64,000 nucleotides of DNA from Gammaproteobacteria bacterium. GTDB lineage: Bacteria; Pseudomonadota; Gammaproteobacteria; GCA-001735895. A model generated the notes under the pieces. The model was not told the origin of the DNA, did not search any database, and saw only the letters and a list, made by a program, of their open reading frames with translations. Position 1 is the first letter of the stretch. Each line of letters starts with the position of its first letter. Where the stretch lies: NCBI GenBank assembly GCA_050298595.1, contig JBNKUM010000107.1, positions 1 to 64,000 on the forward strand, in the 5' to 3' direction. The position numbers and the translations under genes were made by a program. This document shows, in pieces, positions 43,531 to 53,761 of the stretch.

Positions 43531-44131
43531 ACAGGTAAAAAAGACAAGTTACATGCCGCTGTGGATATTAATCGCGTTATGCGGTTTTCCCTATATTGGC
43601 GGTACTTTGTATTACCAGTATCAAGATCGCCTGCCACAGGCTGGTACTACAAATTATGGGGAGTTGATATCTCCAGTCAAAGAACTCAAAAACATCAATT
43701 TGACCATGTTGGACGGTAGTGAAAAACCAGTCACTGATTATCGTAAGAAATGGTTGATGGTCTATGTGCTGGATGTAGATTGTGGCGAGGATTGTCAGAA
43801 GAACCTTTATTTTATGCGCCAGATTAGAAGAGCGATGGCTGAAGATCGTTACCGGATTAATCGCTTACTCGTGCTGGATAAGCAGGAGTTATTCACAACT
43901 GACTTGCAGGCGTTTTTGAAGGATTACGAGGGAATGGATGTGGCGACGGTTAACAATGAATCGAAAACAGATTTTTATTCGATCTTACAGGATGCTTCCG
44001 GTAAGACCTTTAGAAAAATAATGCTTATCGATCCTATGGGTAATTTCATGATGGAATATGATTCTCAGCCTGACCCTGAATTAGTGCTGAAAGATGTGAA
44101 AAGATTATTAACTATCTCCAGAATTGGATGA
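43523..44131 (+). CDS. Cox-cluster thioredoxin-fold (SCO-like) membrane protein
   Basis: TNYGELISP, CGEDCQKNLYFMRQ, LIDPMGNFMM. Confidence 0.8.
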   Translation: MTEQVKKTSYMPLWILIALCGFPYIGGTLYYQYQDRLPQAGTTNYGELISPVKELKNINLTMLDGSEKPVTDYRKKWLMVYVLDVDCGEDCQKNLYFMRQIRRAMAEDRYRINRLLVLDKQELFTTDLQAFLKDYEGMDVATVNNESKTDFYSILQDASGKTFRKIMLIDPMGNFMMEYDSQPDPELVLKDVKRLLTISRIG

Positions 44132-44149
44132 ATAGCTTAGAGGCAGATT

Positions 44150-45070
44150 ATGATATTGGACAAGGTTAAAGAAAGTACTCAGTATTTCCCACATATACGG
44201 GATTATTATCGTTTATGTAAGCCAAAAGTGGTTTACCTGATCCTGTTTACTGCCGCTGCCGGCATGCTGTTATCCAGCTCAGCTATGGTACCCATAGACA
44301 CGCTATTCTTTGGTTTGCTGGGTATTGGTCTCGGGGCAGCTTCTGGTGCCGCTATTAATCACTGGGTGGATCAGCGTATCGATGTCATTATGGCACGTAC
44401 GCGTAATCGCCCCTTGCCGCAGGGTAATGTCAGCTCAAGATCGGCATTGATTTTTGCCGTCAGTCTGGGAGTGCTGTCCATGGTGGTGCTGATTGCGTTT
44501 GTTAATGTCATGACTGCTGTGCTGACTTTCATTGCACTCAACGGTTATGCCGTGGTGTATACCATGTTTCTCAAGCACTCTACGCCGCATAATATTGTAC
44601 TGGGCGGCGCGGCCGGTGCTGCTCCTCCTGTATTGGGCTGGACTGCGGTTACTAATGAATTAACCGTAGATGCGCTGTTGCTATTTCTGATTATCTTTAT
44701 CTGGACCCCACCACACTTCTGGGCCCTGGCCATCAAGCGTCGTGATGAATATCGTGCAGCTGGTGTACCGATGTTACCCGTGACTCATGGCATTGCTTTC
44801 ACCAAGTTACATATCGTTCTATATACATTGATGCTGCTGGTAGTTACTTTGCTACCTTTCGTCATTCATATGAGTGGTCATCTGTATCTGGCGGGGGCGG
44901 TAGGACTCGGTCTGGGATTTATCTACTATGCAATCAAGCTGTATCGTTGTGAATCAGATGAATATGCAATGAAGACATTTGGCTATTCTATCTTTTATCT
45001 GAGTGCGTTATTTGCGATATTAATAACCGATCACTATCTAAGAGAATTTATTCGCGCCTATTTTTTATAG
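44150..45070 (+). CDS. cyoE: Protoheme IX farnesyltransferase (heme O synthase)
   Basis: LCKPKVV, IDVIMARTRNRPLP, NIVLGG, WTPPHFWAL. Confidence 0.97.
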   Translation: MILDKVKESTQYFPHIRDYYRLCKPKVVYLILFTAAAGMLLSSSAMVPIDTLFFGLLGIGLGAASGAAINHWVDQRIDVIMARTRNRPLPQGNVSSRSALIFAVSLGVLSMVVLIAFVNVMTAVLTFIALNGYAVVYTMFLKHSTPHNIVLGGAAGAAPPVLGWTAVTNELTVDALLLFLIIFIWTPPHFWALAIKRRDEYRAAGVPMLPVTHGIAFTKLHIVLYTLMLLVVTLLPFVIHMSGHLYLAGAVGLGLGFIYYAIKLYRCESDEYAMKTFGYSIFYLSALFAILITDHYLREFIRAYFL

Positions 45071-46398
45071 ATAGCACGCAATACGATCACCAGGAATACT
45101 ACGCCGCCGATAATCGCTATCAGGCCACCCAGCCCCATCAGGCCCATGCCGGCCTTTTGGGCCAGGGAATCCAGCCCCTGTGCGGCACCGGCAGTTTTAC
45201 GTTGAACCCCATACCCACCTGACCATGCCAGACCAATGATATGCATCATTTGGCCAGTGGCATAAATGATCGGCTGAGCATTCACCCATTTGCCGACAGG
45301 TGCCTTATAACCAAAGACAGGCAGTAGCAGATAGGACATGCCCATAAAGGCCAGGGTCACCCCTACAATCGATCCGTGGTAATGCGCGGGGATTACAACG
45401 TTTACTCCTTTTATCATAAAACCCAGTACGCCTCCACTGGCGAACAGGACGACAGAGCTGACGAAAGCAATTCTCAGGGGCTTTTGTTCGGGGCTCAGCG
45501 GCAGCCTGTTAAATATCTTAAATGCGATCAGCAGTCCAAGAGGCAGGCTGGTCAAACCACCGAAACGCATCAGTTCAGTAAAATTAATGCGGTGCTCTGG
45601 CGATAAGACAGGAAAGCTGAGATAGATGACAGGGGTTAATAGTACGGGTAAAAAACATAGCAAAAATAAGGCTGTATAGTGCCCATTTTTCAATGGGTAG
45701 CTATTTCCAGCTGCACTGCTTAACCATAGCCATGAAACCAGCAATAAAATGGTATGCGAAAATTGTAGAGTGTGCCCACTGCCCCAGAAAAGATATTCGT
45801 AATAGCTGTGCTCATTCCCCGTCTTTGGCAGTGCCTGGTAGGAATAAAGCTGGGCTAACAGGGTAATAATCAGCGTGACAACGCTGAGAAAAATAGCAAA
45901 TTTCATGACGCCCTGAGTATTTGTCAGGTCAGGGAGTTTATTAAATACTAAAGACCGTATAGATACGACGGCAATACCACAACCAACCATGACCAGACCT
46001 GAAAGGAATAAGCTGTCATTCAAAACCGGAATGTAATTATTGATGATGGGGTGAGCCTGTCCTGAAAAAGGTGTTATGACAATCATCAGGGTGCCAGCCA
46101 GTGCCAGCAATAGCGCGCTCAAGTCCAGAAATCGAGCCGGTCTTTGATTGCTTAAGCTCCAGAAGATTGCGGTAAAGGAAATAAACCAGATTAAAACCGA
46201 TAGGTCGACATGCACCACAAGAGCGGTATGGAAGAAATCAATCCAGGGGATGAAATCGGATATTGCAGGGGTTCGGGAAAGTACCAGTAATAGAGAAAAT
46301 ATGCCTGATGCGAGTAATGAAAAGATGCCGAGGAAAAACCAGCCTTTGGAAATATTTATTTGTCCAGGGCTGAACTGGTCGAGATAGAAAGAGTTCAA
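45058..46398 (-). CDS. Heme-copper oxidase subunit I-like membrane protein with incomplete binuclear site
   Basis: About 12 TM; LVVHVD, FWGSGHTLQF, PAHYHG, GVQRK; no HH pair, no cross-link Tyr. Confidence 0.75.
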   Translation of the reverse strand: MNSFYLDQFSPGQINISKGWFFLGIFSLLASGIFSLLLVLSRTPAISDFIPWIDFFHTALVVHVDLSVLIWFISFTAIFWSLSNQRPARFLDLSALLLALAGTLMIVITPFSGQAHPIINNYIPVLNDSLFLSGLVMVGCGIAVVSIRSLVFNKLPDLTNTQGVMKFAIFLSVVTLIITLLAQLYSYQALPKTGNEHSYYEYLFWGSGHTLQFSHTILLLVSWLWLSSAAGNSYPLKNGHYTALFLLCFLPVLLTPVIYLSFPVLSPEHRINFTELMRFGGLTSLPLGLLIAFKIFNRLPLSPEQKPLRIAFVSSVVLFASGGVLGFMIKGVNVVIPAHYHGSIVGVTLAFMGMSYLLLPVFGYKAPVGKWVNAQPIIYATGQMMHIIGLAWSGGYGVQRKTAGAAQGLDSLAQKAGMGLMGLGGLIAIIGGVVFLVIVLRAIYKK

Positions 46399-46420
46399 GT
46401 GAGCCCCTAAGAATAGCTGT

Positions 46421-46452
46421 AAAATTCCGCTAATGATAAATCATTAGCGGAA
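46421..46452 (-). terminator. Intrinsic terminator of rpoH
   Basis: 12-bp stem TTCCGCTAATGA/TCATTAGCGGAA followed by TTTT on the minus strand. Confidence 0.7.
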
Positions 46453-46470
46453 GATGTAGTAGGGCTGTTG

Positions 46471-47337
46471 TCACTGGAAACTGGATTTGATGCGCTTAAA
46501 CGCGTTAGCTTCTATCTGACGGATACGTTCGGCAGAAACACCATATTCATCAGCCAGTTCATGCAAGGTGGCCTTGGTATCATGCAGCCATCGACGGCTA
46601 ACTATATCTCGACTTCTGTCATCAAGATCTTCCAGAGCCTGCATGAGTTGATCGGTGTTATGCTCCTGACTATCCTTATGCTCCAGTAAAAGCTCTGGAG
46701 TTGGGGCTGGTGAAGCCAGAGTTAGTGCAGGAGATGCATAAGCATGATCTTCATCATCATCAATGTTTAAATCGAAAGCCATGTCCTGGCTATTTAGTCG
46801 ATTCTCCATTTCCAGCACATTTTCCGGGGTAACGCCCAGAGTATTGGCAACGTCTAATACTTCTTCATGCTTGAACCAGCCCAGGCGTTTTTTCTGGCTG
46901 CGCAGTTTAAAGAACAGCTTACGCTGAGCTTTGGTAGTAGCAACCTTAACAATGCGCCAGTTCTTTAGAATAAATTCGTGGATTTCAGCCTTAATCCAGT
47001 GCACAGCGAAAGAAACGAGGCGTACACCAATACTAGGATCAAACCGTTTAACTGCTTTCATCAGTCCGATATTGCCTTCCTGAATCAGGTCTGCCAGGGC
47101 CAGACCGTAACCAGCATAATTATTGGCTATTTTGATAACAAAGCGTAGATGGGGTAAAACCAGGCTCTGAGCGGCTGAAATATCACCAGTTTCCTGCAAC
47201 CGTTCAGCCAGTTCGTATTCTTGCTCGGCGGTTAATATAGGAATACTGTGCGTAGCAGAGATATACGCTTCCAGACTGGAAGGTGTCCCCTTTAGCACTG
47301 GTAAAGTATTCATTGTCATCGCTAATTCTGTACCCAT
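46471..47337 (-). CDS. rpoH: Heat-shock sigma factor RpoH
   Basis: RLVSFAVHWIKAEIHEF; RpoH box VATTKAQRKLFFKLR. Confidence 0.99.
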   Translation of the reverse strand: MGTELAMTMNTLPVLKGTPSSLEAYISATHSIPILTAEQEYELAERLQETGDISAAQSLVLPHLRFVIKIANNYAGYGLALADLIQEGNIGLMKAVKRFDPSIGVRLVSFAVHWIKAEIHEFILKNWRIVKVATTKAQRKLFFKLRSQKKRLGWFKHEEVLDVANTLGVTPENVLEMENRLNSQDMAFDLNIDDDEDHAYASPALTLASPAPTPELLLEHKDSQEHNTDQLMQALEDLDDRSRDIVSRRWLHDTKATLHELADEYGVSAERIRQIEANAFKRIKSSFQ

Positions 47338-47356
47338 AATTTCCTCACAAATATTA

Positions 47357-47383
47357 TTAGCACTCGGCTAATTTGAGTGCCAA
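47357..47383. promoter_or_regulatory. CIRCE element (HrcA operator) upstream of rpoH
   Basis: TTAGCACTC-GGCTAATTT-GAGTGCCAA, one mismatch to TTAGCACTC-N9-GAGTGCTAA. Confidence 0.9.
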
Positions 47384-47386
47384 ATA

Positions 47387-47413
47387 TTAGAACATACTTA
47401 TCGCTATGAGTTC
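47387..47413 (-). promoter_or_regulatory. Sigma-E (RpoE)-type promoter of rpoH
   Basis: GAACTC-N16-TCTAA on the minus strand versus consensus GAACTT-N16-TCT(G/A)A. Confidence 0.7.
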
Positions 47414-47467
47414 AACATGCAGGTTAAAAAGATGTGGTCTGCGAATTTGTGAAATAATTCCGAGTGG

Positions 47468-48673
47468 TTAACTGGTAAGTACTTTAAGTATTGATTCAGA
47501 CAGGTAGGCAATGTTACCGGAGTTGATTCCCGCAAGATTGATTCGAGTTGAGCTAACGATATAGATACCAAAATCATTGCGCAGGCTGGTTAACTGATCA
47601 GGAGTGATGCCGAGAAAAGAAAACATACCTTTTTGTTGTACGATATGACTAAAATCCATACCTGCTTCATTATTTTGAATGCTGTCGGTAAGTAAGCTAC
47701 GCATTTTCTGGATACGTTGTCTTACTTCATTTACCTCATTAACCCAGTCAGCTCTTAGTGCTTCATCACCTAGAATCATAGATACCAGCAATGCACCGTG
47801 GGCCGGAGGCATTGAATAGGTCTGACGCGCAACCGCCATGGCCTGGCTGAGCACAATGGGTGCCTGGTCTGCGCTATTACAGATAAAAGTAGTTGAGCCT
47901 GTGCGTTCACGGTACAGGCCAAAATTCTTCGAGCAGGATGAAGCTATGATAACTTCGGGTAGTTTGGCTGCCATCAGGCGAAGTCCATAGGCATCTTCTT
48001 CAATACCGTCGCCCAATCCCTGATAGGCAATATCGATAAAAGGAATGAAGCCCTTTTCCAGCGCAAGATCAGTCAAAATTTGCCATTGAGCATGGCTAAG
48101 ATCAGCACCCGTTGGATTATGGCAGCATCCGTGCAGTAATACGATATCTCCGGCTGGCACCTGTTTTAGTGTATCCAGCATGATGTCAAAATTGATCTGT
48201 TTTAACTCGAGGTTGTAATAGGGGTATTCCTCAATCTTGAAACCGGCACTACCTAGTAGAGGGATATGATTAGGCCAGGTTGGTGTTCCGACCCATAGCT
48301 TTGCATCTGGATTGGCGCGACGAATAACTTCGGCGCCAATACGTAATCCTCCAGAGCCGCCTGGTGTCTGAATGCTGCAAACACGTCCTGAGGTAACGGC
48401 ATTGTGTTCACTGCTCAGTAATAAATCGATAATTCGCTGATTGTAGTCCTGATCGCCGGCGATACCCTGATAGGTTTTGCTGGTCTCAATCTCCATAAGA
48501 CGACTTTCAGCCTGCTGTACCGCCTGCATAACGGGTGTCTGCCCCTGGTCATCCATATAAACGCCAACACCCAGATCAATTTTCTGTTCACGGGGGTCTT
48601 TTCGGTACGCTGCCATTAATCCAAGGATAGGGTCATCGGGCAAAGCGTTAAGGTGATCGAACATGCTTGGCAT
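47468..48673 (-). CDS. Aspartate/aromatic amino acid aminotransferase (AspC/TyrB family)
   Basis: DPILGL, LHGCCHNPTGAD, SCSKNFGLYRERTG. Confidence 0.96.
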   Translation of the reverse strand: MPSMFDHLNALPDDPILGLMAAYRKDPREQKIDLGVGVYMDDQGQTPVMQAVQQAESRLMEIETSKTYQGIAGDQDYNQRIIDLLLSSEHNAVTSGRVCSIQTPGGSGGLRIGAEVIRRANPDAKLWVGTPTWPNHIPLLGSAGFKIEEYPYYNLELKQINFDIMLDTLKQVPAGDIVLLHGCCHNPTGADLSHAQWQILTDLALEKGFIPFIDIAYQGLGDGIEEDAYGLRLMAAKLPEVIIASSCSKNFGLYRERTGSTTFICNSADQAPIVLSQAMAVARQTYSMPPAHGALLVSMILGDEALRADWVNEVNEVRQRIQKMRSLLTDSIQNNEAGMDFSHIVQQKGMFSFLGITPDQLTSLRNDFGIYIVSSTRINLAGINSGNIAYLSESILKVLTS

Positions 48674-48791
48674 CCTTAATTATCAGGGTTGAAAAAGAAG
48701 ATAGTGGATATAGTACCTAAATTTAAGCGAAACGCATTAGATTCTTACCTGTAGCGCACACAGGTTTTAAGGGTTTTTATTTATGCGGGTA

Positions 48792-49619
48792 TTAGAAATT
48801 TATCGCTTCATTCTGTCGCTTGATATTCACCAGGTTGGTCAGACGTGAAACCAGATTCTCTTCTGTAATGGGTTTGGTAATGAAGTCATTGGTGCCAGCG
48901 CCAAAAATCCCGGTGAAATCGGTTTGTTCATCCTCTGAGGGTTCCACGGTCATGAGCAAGATGGGTAAGGTTAGGTAGTCGTATTTGAGCTCATTTCTGA
49001 TGCTTCTAATCAGTTCGAAGCCGGACATATTACGATCCAGTAACAGGTCGGTAATCAAAATGTCATAGCTGCATTTGTTATTGTTGTCGAAGTCCATGCG
49101 TAATTCATTTAGCGCACTCTCACCATCTTCCAGGTGTAAATAATCAAAGTTGTTCTTCTGTAGAATGAATGTGGTTATAGCCGAAGAGGTTGCGCTTTGA
49201 TCTACATATAGAACCCTGGCATCGATGGTGTTATCTTTATTGAGAAAATCACAGATAAAATTCACCAGTGCTTTATGTCCTTCAGCCTTATTAAAATAGG
49301 CTGTGATTGCGTTAATGTCTTCGTCGTCTGGCTCGACTATATGGGTAGGCGTATCACCGGATACCACAAATATCGGCGTGTTCTTGTTTTTGTATTGCTT
49401 ACGAATGTCTGTTATCAACTGATAACCATCCATATCAGGAAGCGATAGGCCGGTAGTGATGATTTCAAATTCGAAGCGTTTACAGGCGGTTATTGCCTCC
49501 TTACCGGTGCCGCAGGCAATGATGTCTATGTCTGGCAGGCTGGCGAGTAACTCTTTAAAAAGAATGGTTCGGGTTGAATCCGATGAATCGACGATAAGTA
49601 GACGTTTTTTTAAGGGCAT
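48792..49619 (-). CDS. Tandem receiver-domain response regulator without output domain
   Basis: Two REC folds: LLIVD..ITTGLSLPDMDG (Asp replaced by Gly) and VLYVD..ILITDLLL..DFITKP. Confidence 0.85.
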   Translation of the reverse strand: MPLKKRLLIVDSSDSTRTILFKELLASLPDIDIIACGTGKEAITACKRFEFEIITTGLSLPDMDGYQLITDIRKQYKNKNTPIFVVSGDTPTHIVEPDDEDINAITAYFNKAEGHKALVNFICDFLNKDNTIDARVLYVDQSATSSAITTFILQKNNFDYLHLEDGESALNELRMDFDNNNKCSYDILITDLLLDRNMSGFELIRSIRNELKYDYLTLPILLMTVEPSEDEQTDFTGIFGAGTNDFITKPITEENLVSRLTNLVNIKRQNEAINF

Positions 49620-49623
49620 ATTT

Positions 49624-50572
49624 TTATTTTGGTTCTATTTCATTTAAGTGCCGGGCAACAGCCATCCATGAGCCGCCAAGTCCGAGAAGCGTGCTACTGC
49701 TAATGAGAAGCATAAAGTCAGTAAAGCTAAAAGTTATTAAACTAAATTCAGACTGGTATAACAGGTTCAGCTTATTGAAGGGGCCGGATAGCGCAATTGC
49801 ACTGAGCTCTACCAGTATCCATGAAAGCAGGCCTCCAAAAAGGCCATACCATACGCCGCCATAAAGAAAAGGACGACGTATAAAAGAATCCGTGGCACCG
49901 ATTAACTTGGTCACTATAATTTCCTGATAACGATTCTGAATATCCAGTCGAATTGTGTTGCCTATGATAAGTAGCACAGCAAAACTGAAAAGCAAGCTAA
50001 TGATGATGACAACACGTTTGGCAAGGTCGATCAGGGTGTATAAACGCTCAAGCCATTCGGTGTCGAGTTTAGCGATATCCACCTCGGGCCGGGCTTGCAG
50101 TTTGGCGAGCAGGGTTTTGATGTTGAAGGTGTCTATATTATGAATCGGCTGCACAATAATGCTGTGAGGAAGTGGGTTTTCCTTAAGCTGGTTAATACTC
50201 TCTCCAAACCCTGAAGACTGCTTAAACTGTTGTAATGCATCCTCCCGAGAGATAAACAGCGTGTCGGCGATTTGCGGTTCATTCTTTAGTTGAGTGTTAA
50301 AATCTCTCGCCTGTTGCGCAGTAACAGACAGTTCTAAATACAGGGTGATCTGGGTAGTGGAGCGAAAATCACCGGCAATATTGTCAATATTTTTCAGGAA
50401 CAGGTAAAAACCGCCGGGCAGGGTAAGCGTAATGCCAATCACAGTGACGGTCATCAAGGTCGAGCTTGGGCTGCGATAAATCTTGCCGAGACTAAAGACC
50501 ATGGACTGTAAATGATGCAGTAACCAGGCATAGCTGCGGTTAATGAATGCAGGATTATGCTGGTGGCGGTTC

Positions 50573-50580
<8 letters not shown>
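49624..50580 (-). CDS. ftsX: Cell division permease FtsX
   Basis: ENPLPHS, IGNTIRLDI, KLIGATDSFIRRPFLY. Confidence 0.98.
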
Positions 50581-51253
<673 letters not shown>

Positions 51254-51295
51254 TAAGTCTGCAATTACTTTGACAAAGTGTGGTTATTTTAACCT

Positions 51296-52285
51296 TTATT
51301 GATCTCTGGCTAAAAGGGCTTTGGTGAATTCGTCGGCATTAAATTCACGCAAATCAGCTGCCGTCTCCCCAACGCCGATAAAACGAATCGGCAGTTTCAT
51401 TTTTTCGGCGATACTGAAAACGATACCACCTTTGGCCGTGCCATCCAGTTTGCTCAGTACAATACCATCAATGCCGATTGTATCATTAAAGCTTTTAGCC
51501 TGCGCCAGAGCATTCTGGCCAGTGCCGGAATCTAGCACCAGCAAAGTTTCATGCGGAGCACTGGGGTCCAGCTTGCCCATCACGCGTTTGATTTTTTCCA
51601 GCTCACTCATCAGGTTATTCTGGGTGTGTAGACGACCGGCGGTATCCGCGATAAGAACATCGATACCTCGGGACTGTGCTGCCTGTAAAGCATCAAAAAT
51701 AACTGATGCGGCATCAGCACCGCTACCCTGACTGATGACGGGTATGTTCAGACGCTGCCCCCAGCTTTGCAGTTGTTCAACCGCTGCTGCACGGAAGGTA
51801 TCGCCTGCGGCCAGCATTACGTTCAGGCCCTGGTCGCTGAATTTCTGCGCCAGTTTACCTATTGTTGTGGTCTTGCCAGCACCGTTAATTCCAGTCATTA
51901 ATATTACAAAAGGCTTATGCTCAGGATTGATGCGCAGAGGATGGTTACTGACTTGCAATATTTCCTGCATCGCCTGATCCAGAGCTTTAAATACCGCATT
52001 ATCGTCGGTGATTTCGTTACGACCTAAAGACAGGGTGATCTTTTGAATAATTTGCTGGGTAGCTTCCATACCCACATCTGACATCAATAACTGGTCTTCC
52101 AACTGCTCCATCAGGTCATCATCAATACGTTTCTTACCAAGAAATATATCCGCGATTCCAGTAGTCAGACTGGAACGAGTCTTACCCAGCTTGCTTTTCA
52201 GGCTGGAGAAAAGGCCCTGTTTTTTTTCAGGTGGGGTTGTTTCCTCAGCGGTTTTGGCGGGATTGTTTTTTTTGAAACCGAACAT
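51296..52285 (-). CDS. ftsY: SRP receptor FtsY
   Basis: GINGAGKTTTIGKLA, DTFRAAA, DTAGR, KLDGTAKGG. Confidence 0.99.
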   Translation of the reverse strand: MFGFKKNNPAKTAEETTPPEKKQGLFSSLKSKLGKTRSSLTTGIADIFLGKKRIDDDLMEQLEDQLLMSDVGMEATQQIIQKITLSLGRNEITDDNAVFKALDQAMQEILQVSNHPLRINPEHKPFVILMTGINGAGKTTTIGKLAQKFSDQGLNVMLAAGDTFRAAAVEQLQSWGQRLNIPVISQGSGADAASVIFDALQAAQSRGIDVLIADTAGRLHTQNNLMSELEKIKRVMGKLDPSAPHETLLVLDSGTGQNALAQAKSFNDTIGIDGIVLSKLDGTAKGGIVFSIAEKMKLPIRFIGVGETAADLREFNADEFTKALLARDQ

Positions 52286-52324
52286 AAATTAGTGTGTCAT
52301 AAGAACTCAGAGGCATTATGCTAG

Positions 52325-52384
52325 GGCCTGTTATCACTATTATCAAGTCATCCTTGATAATAGTGATATTAGTGATAACAGGCT
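52325..52384. repeat. Nested inverted repeat, probable collapsed MITE
   Basis: GCCTGTTATCACTA..TAGTGATAACAGGC ends after CTAG, plus an inner perfect 15-bp IR (52333-52367). Confidence 0.6.
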
Positions 52385-52435
52385 TTGAGACTACATCCCG
52401 CGCCCTGAAGTAAAAAATAACCGATAAGAGAGACT

Positions 52436-53761
52436 ATGAAAAAAATTCTACTTTTTGCAATGTGCTGTTTTACGCTGTTGCCTGTGCAGGCTAAAACGAT
52501 AGAGTATAAGCTGGATAACGGTATGAAGCTGATTGTTCGGGAAGACCACCGCGCACCGGTTGTGGTATCTCAGATCTGGTACAGAATTGGTTCTACCTAT
52601 GAGCACGATGGCATCACCGGGGTATCACATGTACTGGAACATATGATGTTCAAAGGCACCAAAAACCTGAAGCCGGGTGAATTTTCCGAGATTATTGCCA
52701 GTAATGGTGGCAGCGAGAATGCATTTACCTCACGCGATTACACTGCCTATTTTCAACGCATTGCCAGTGATCGGCTGGAAATCTGCCTGAAGCTGGAAGC
52801 TGATCGTATGCGCAATGTGATTTTTCTCCCAGAAGAATACAAAAAAGAAGTGGCTGTGGTGCAGGAAGAGCGTCGCGGGCGCGTAGATAACCAGCCCAAA
52901 TCCAAGCTGTTTGAACAGTTTTATGCCACAGCATTCCTGAATAGTCCCGTACGTATACCCACCATAGGCTGGATGGGTGATCTGGATAATCTGGATATGC
53001 AGGATGCAGCCAACTGGTATAAACAATGGTATGCCCCTAATAATGCGACCCTGGTTATCGTCGGCGATGTAGATAGTAATGAAACCATTGCGCTGGTAGA
53101 AAAATACTTTGGCCAGATTGAGCCCTCCAATATCAAGCCTCCCAAACCGCGCATGGAAGTTAAACAGGAAGGTGAAAGACGTATCACCCTGTATGGTCAA
53201 ACCTCAACACCTTATCTGCTTATGGGCTATAAAGCACCGGTATTGAAAGACCTGCAAGATCCCTATGATGCTTATGCGCTGGATGTGTTGAGTGGTATTC
53301 TGGATGGCGGTAATAGTGCCAGAGTCGCTAAGAATATAATCCGAGGAGAGGAGCTGGCAGTAGAAGCAGGCACTTCTTACGATCAATTTGATCGACTGGC
53401 AGGTCTGTTTCTGTTTGCGGGCACGCCAAATAAGGGGGTGTCACCAGAGAAACTGGAACAGGCATTTAAGAAAGAAATAACCGACCTTAAAAATAATCCG
53501 GTAACTGCGCAGGAACTGGAGCGGGTTAAGGCTCAGGTGATAGCTGGCAAGGTTTATGAACGAGACTCCATGTTCTACCTTGGGATGCAGATAGGCATGC
53601 TGGATAGTGCGGGTTATGACTGGAATTTACTTGATCAATATGTAGATAACATTCGCAAAATCAAAGCTGAAGATATTAAACGTGTCGCAAATAAGTATTT
53701 TGACAGCACGCAGTTGACCGTTGCCACCCTCTGGCCCGAGAAGGAAGCTACTGAAAAATGA
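52436..53761 (+). CDS. M16 family zinc peptidase, catalytic subunit
   Basis: Signal peptide; HVLEHMMFKGT (HxxEH), ENAFTS, EERR. Confidence 0.95.
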   Translation: MKKILLFAMCCFTLLPVQAKTIEYKLDNGMKLIVREDHRAPVVVSQIWYRIGSTYEHDGITGVSHVLEHMMFKGTKNLKPGEFSEIIASNGGSENAFTSRDYTAYFQRIASDRLEICLKLEADRMRNVIFLPEEYKKEVAVVQEERRGRVDNQPKSKLFEQFYATAFLNSPVRIPTIGWMGDLDNLDMQDAANWYKQWYAPNNATLVIVGDVDSNETIALVEKYFGQIEPSNIKPPKPRMEVKQEGERRITLYGQTSTPYLLMGYKAPVLKDLQDPYDAYALDVLSGILDGGNSARVAKNIIRGEELAVEAGTSYDQFDRLAGLFLFAGTPNKGVSPEKLEQAFKKEITDLKNNPVTAQELERVKAQVIAGKVYERDSMFYLGMQIGMLDSAGYDWNLLDQYVDNIRKIKAEDIKRVANKYFDSTQLTVATLWPEKEATEK

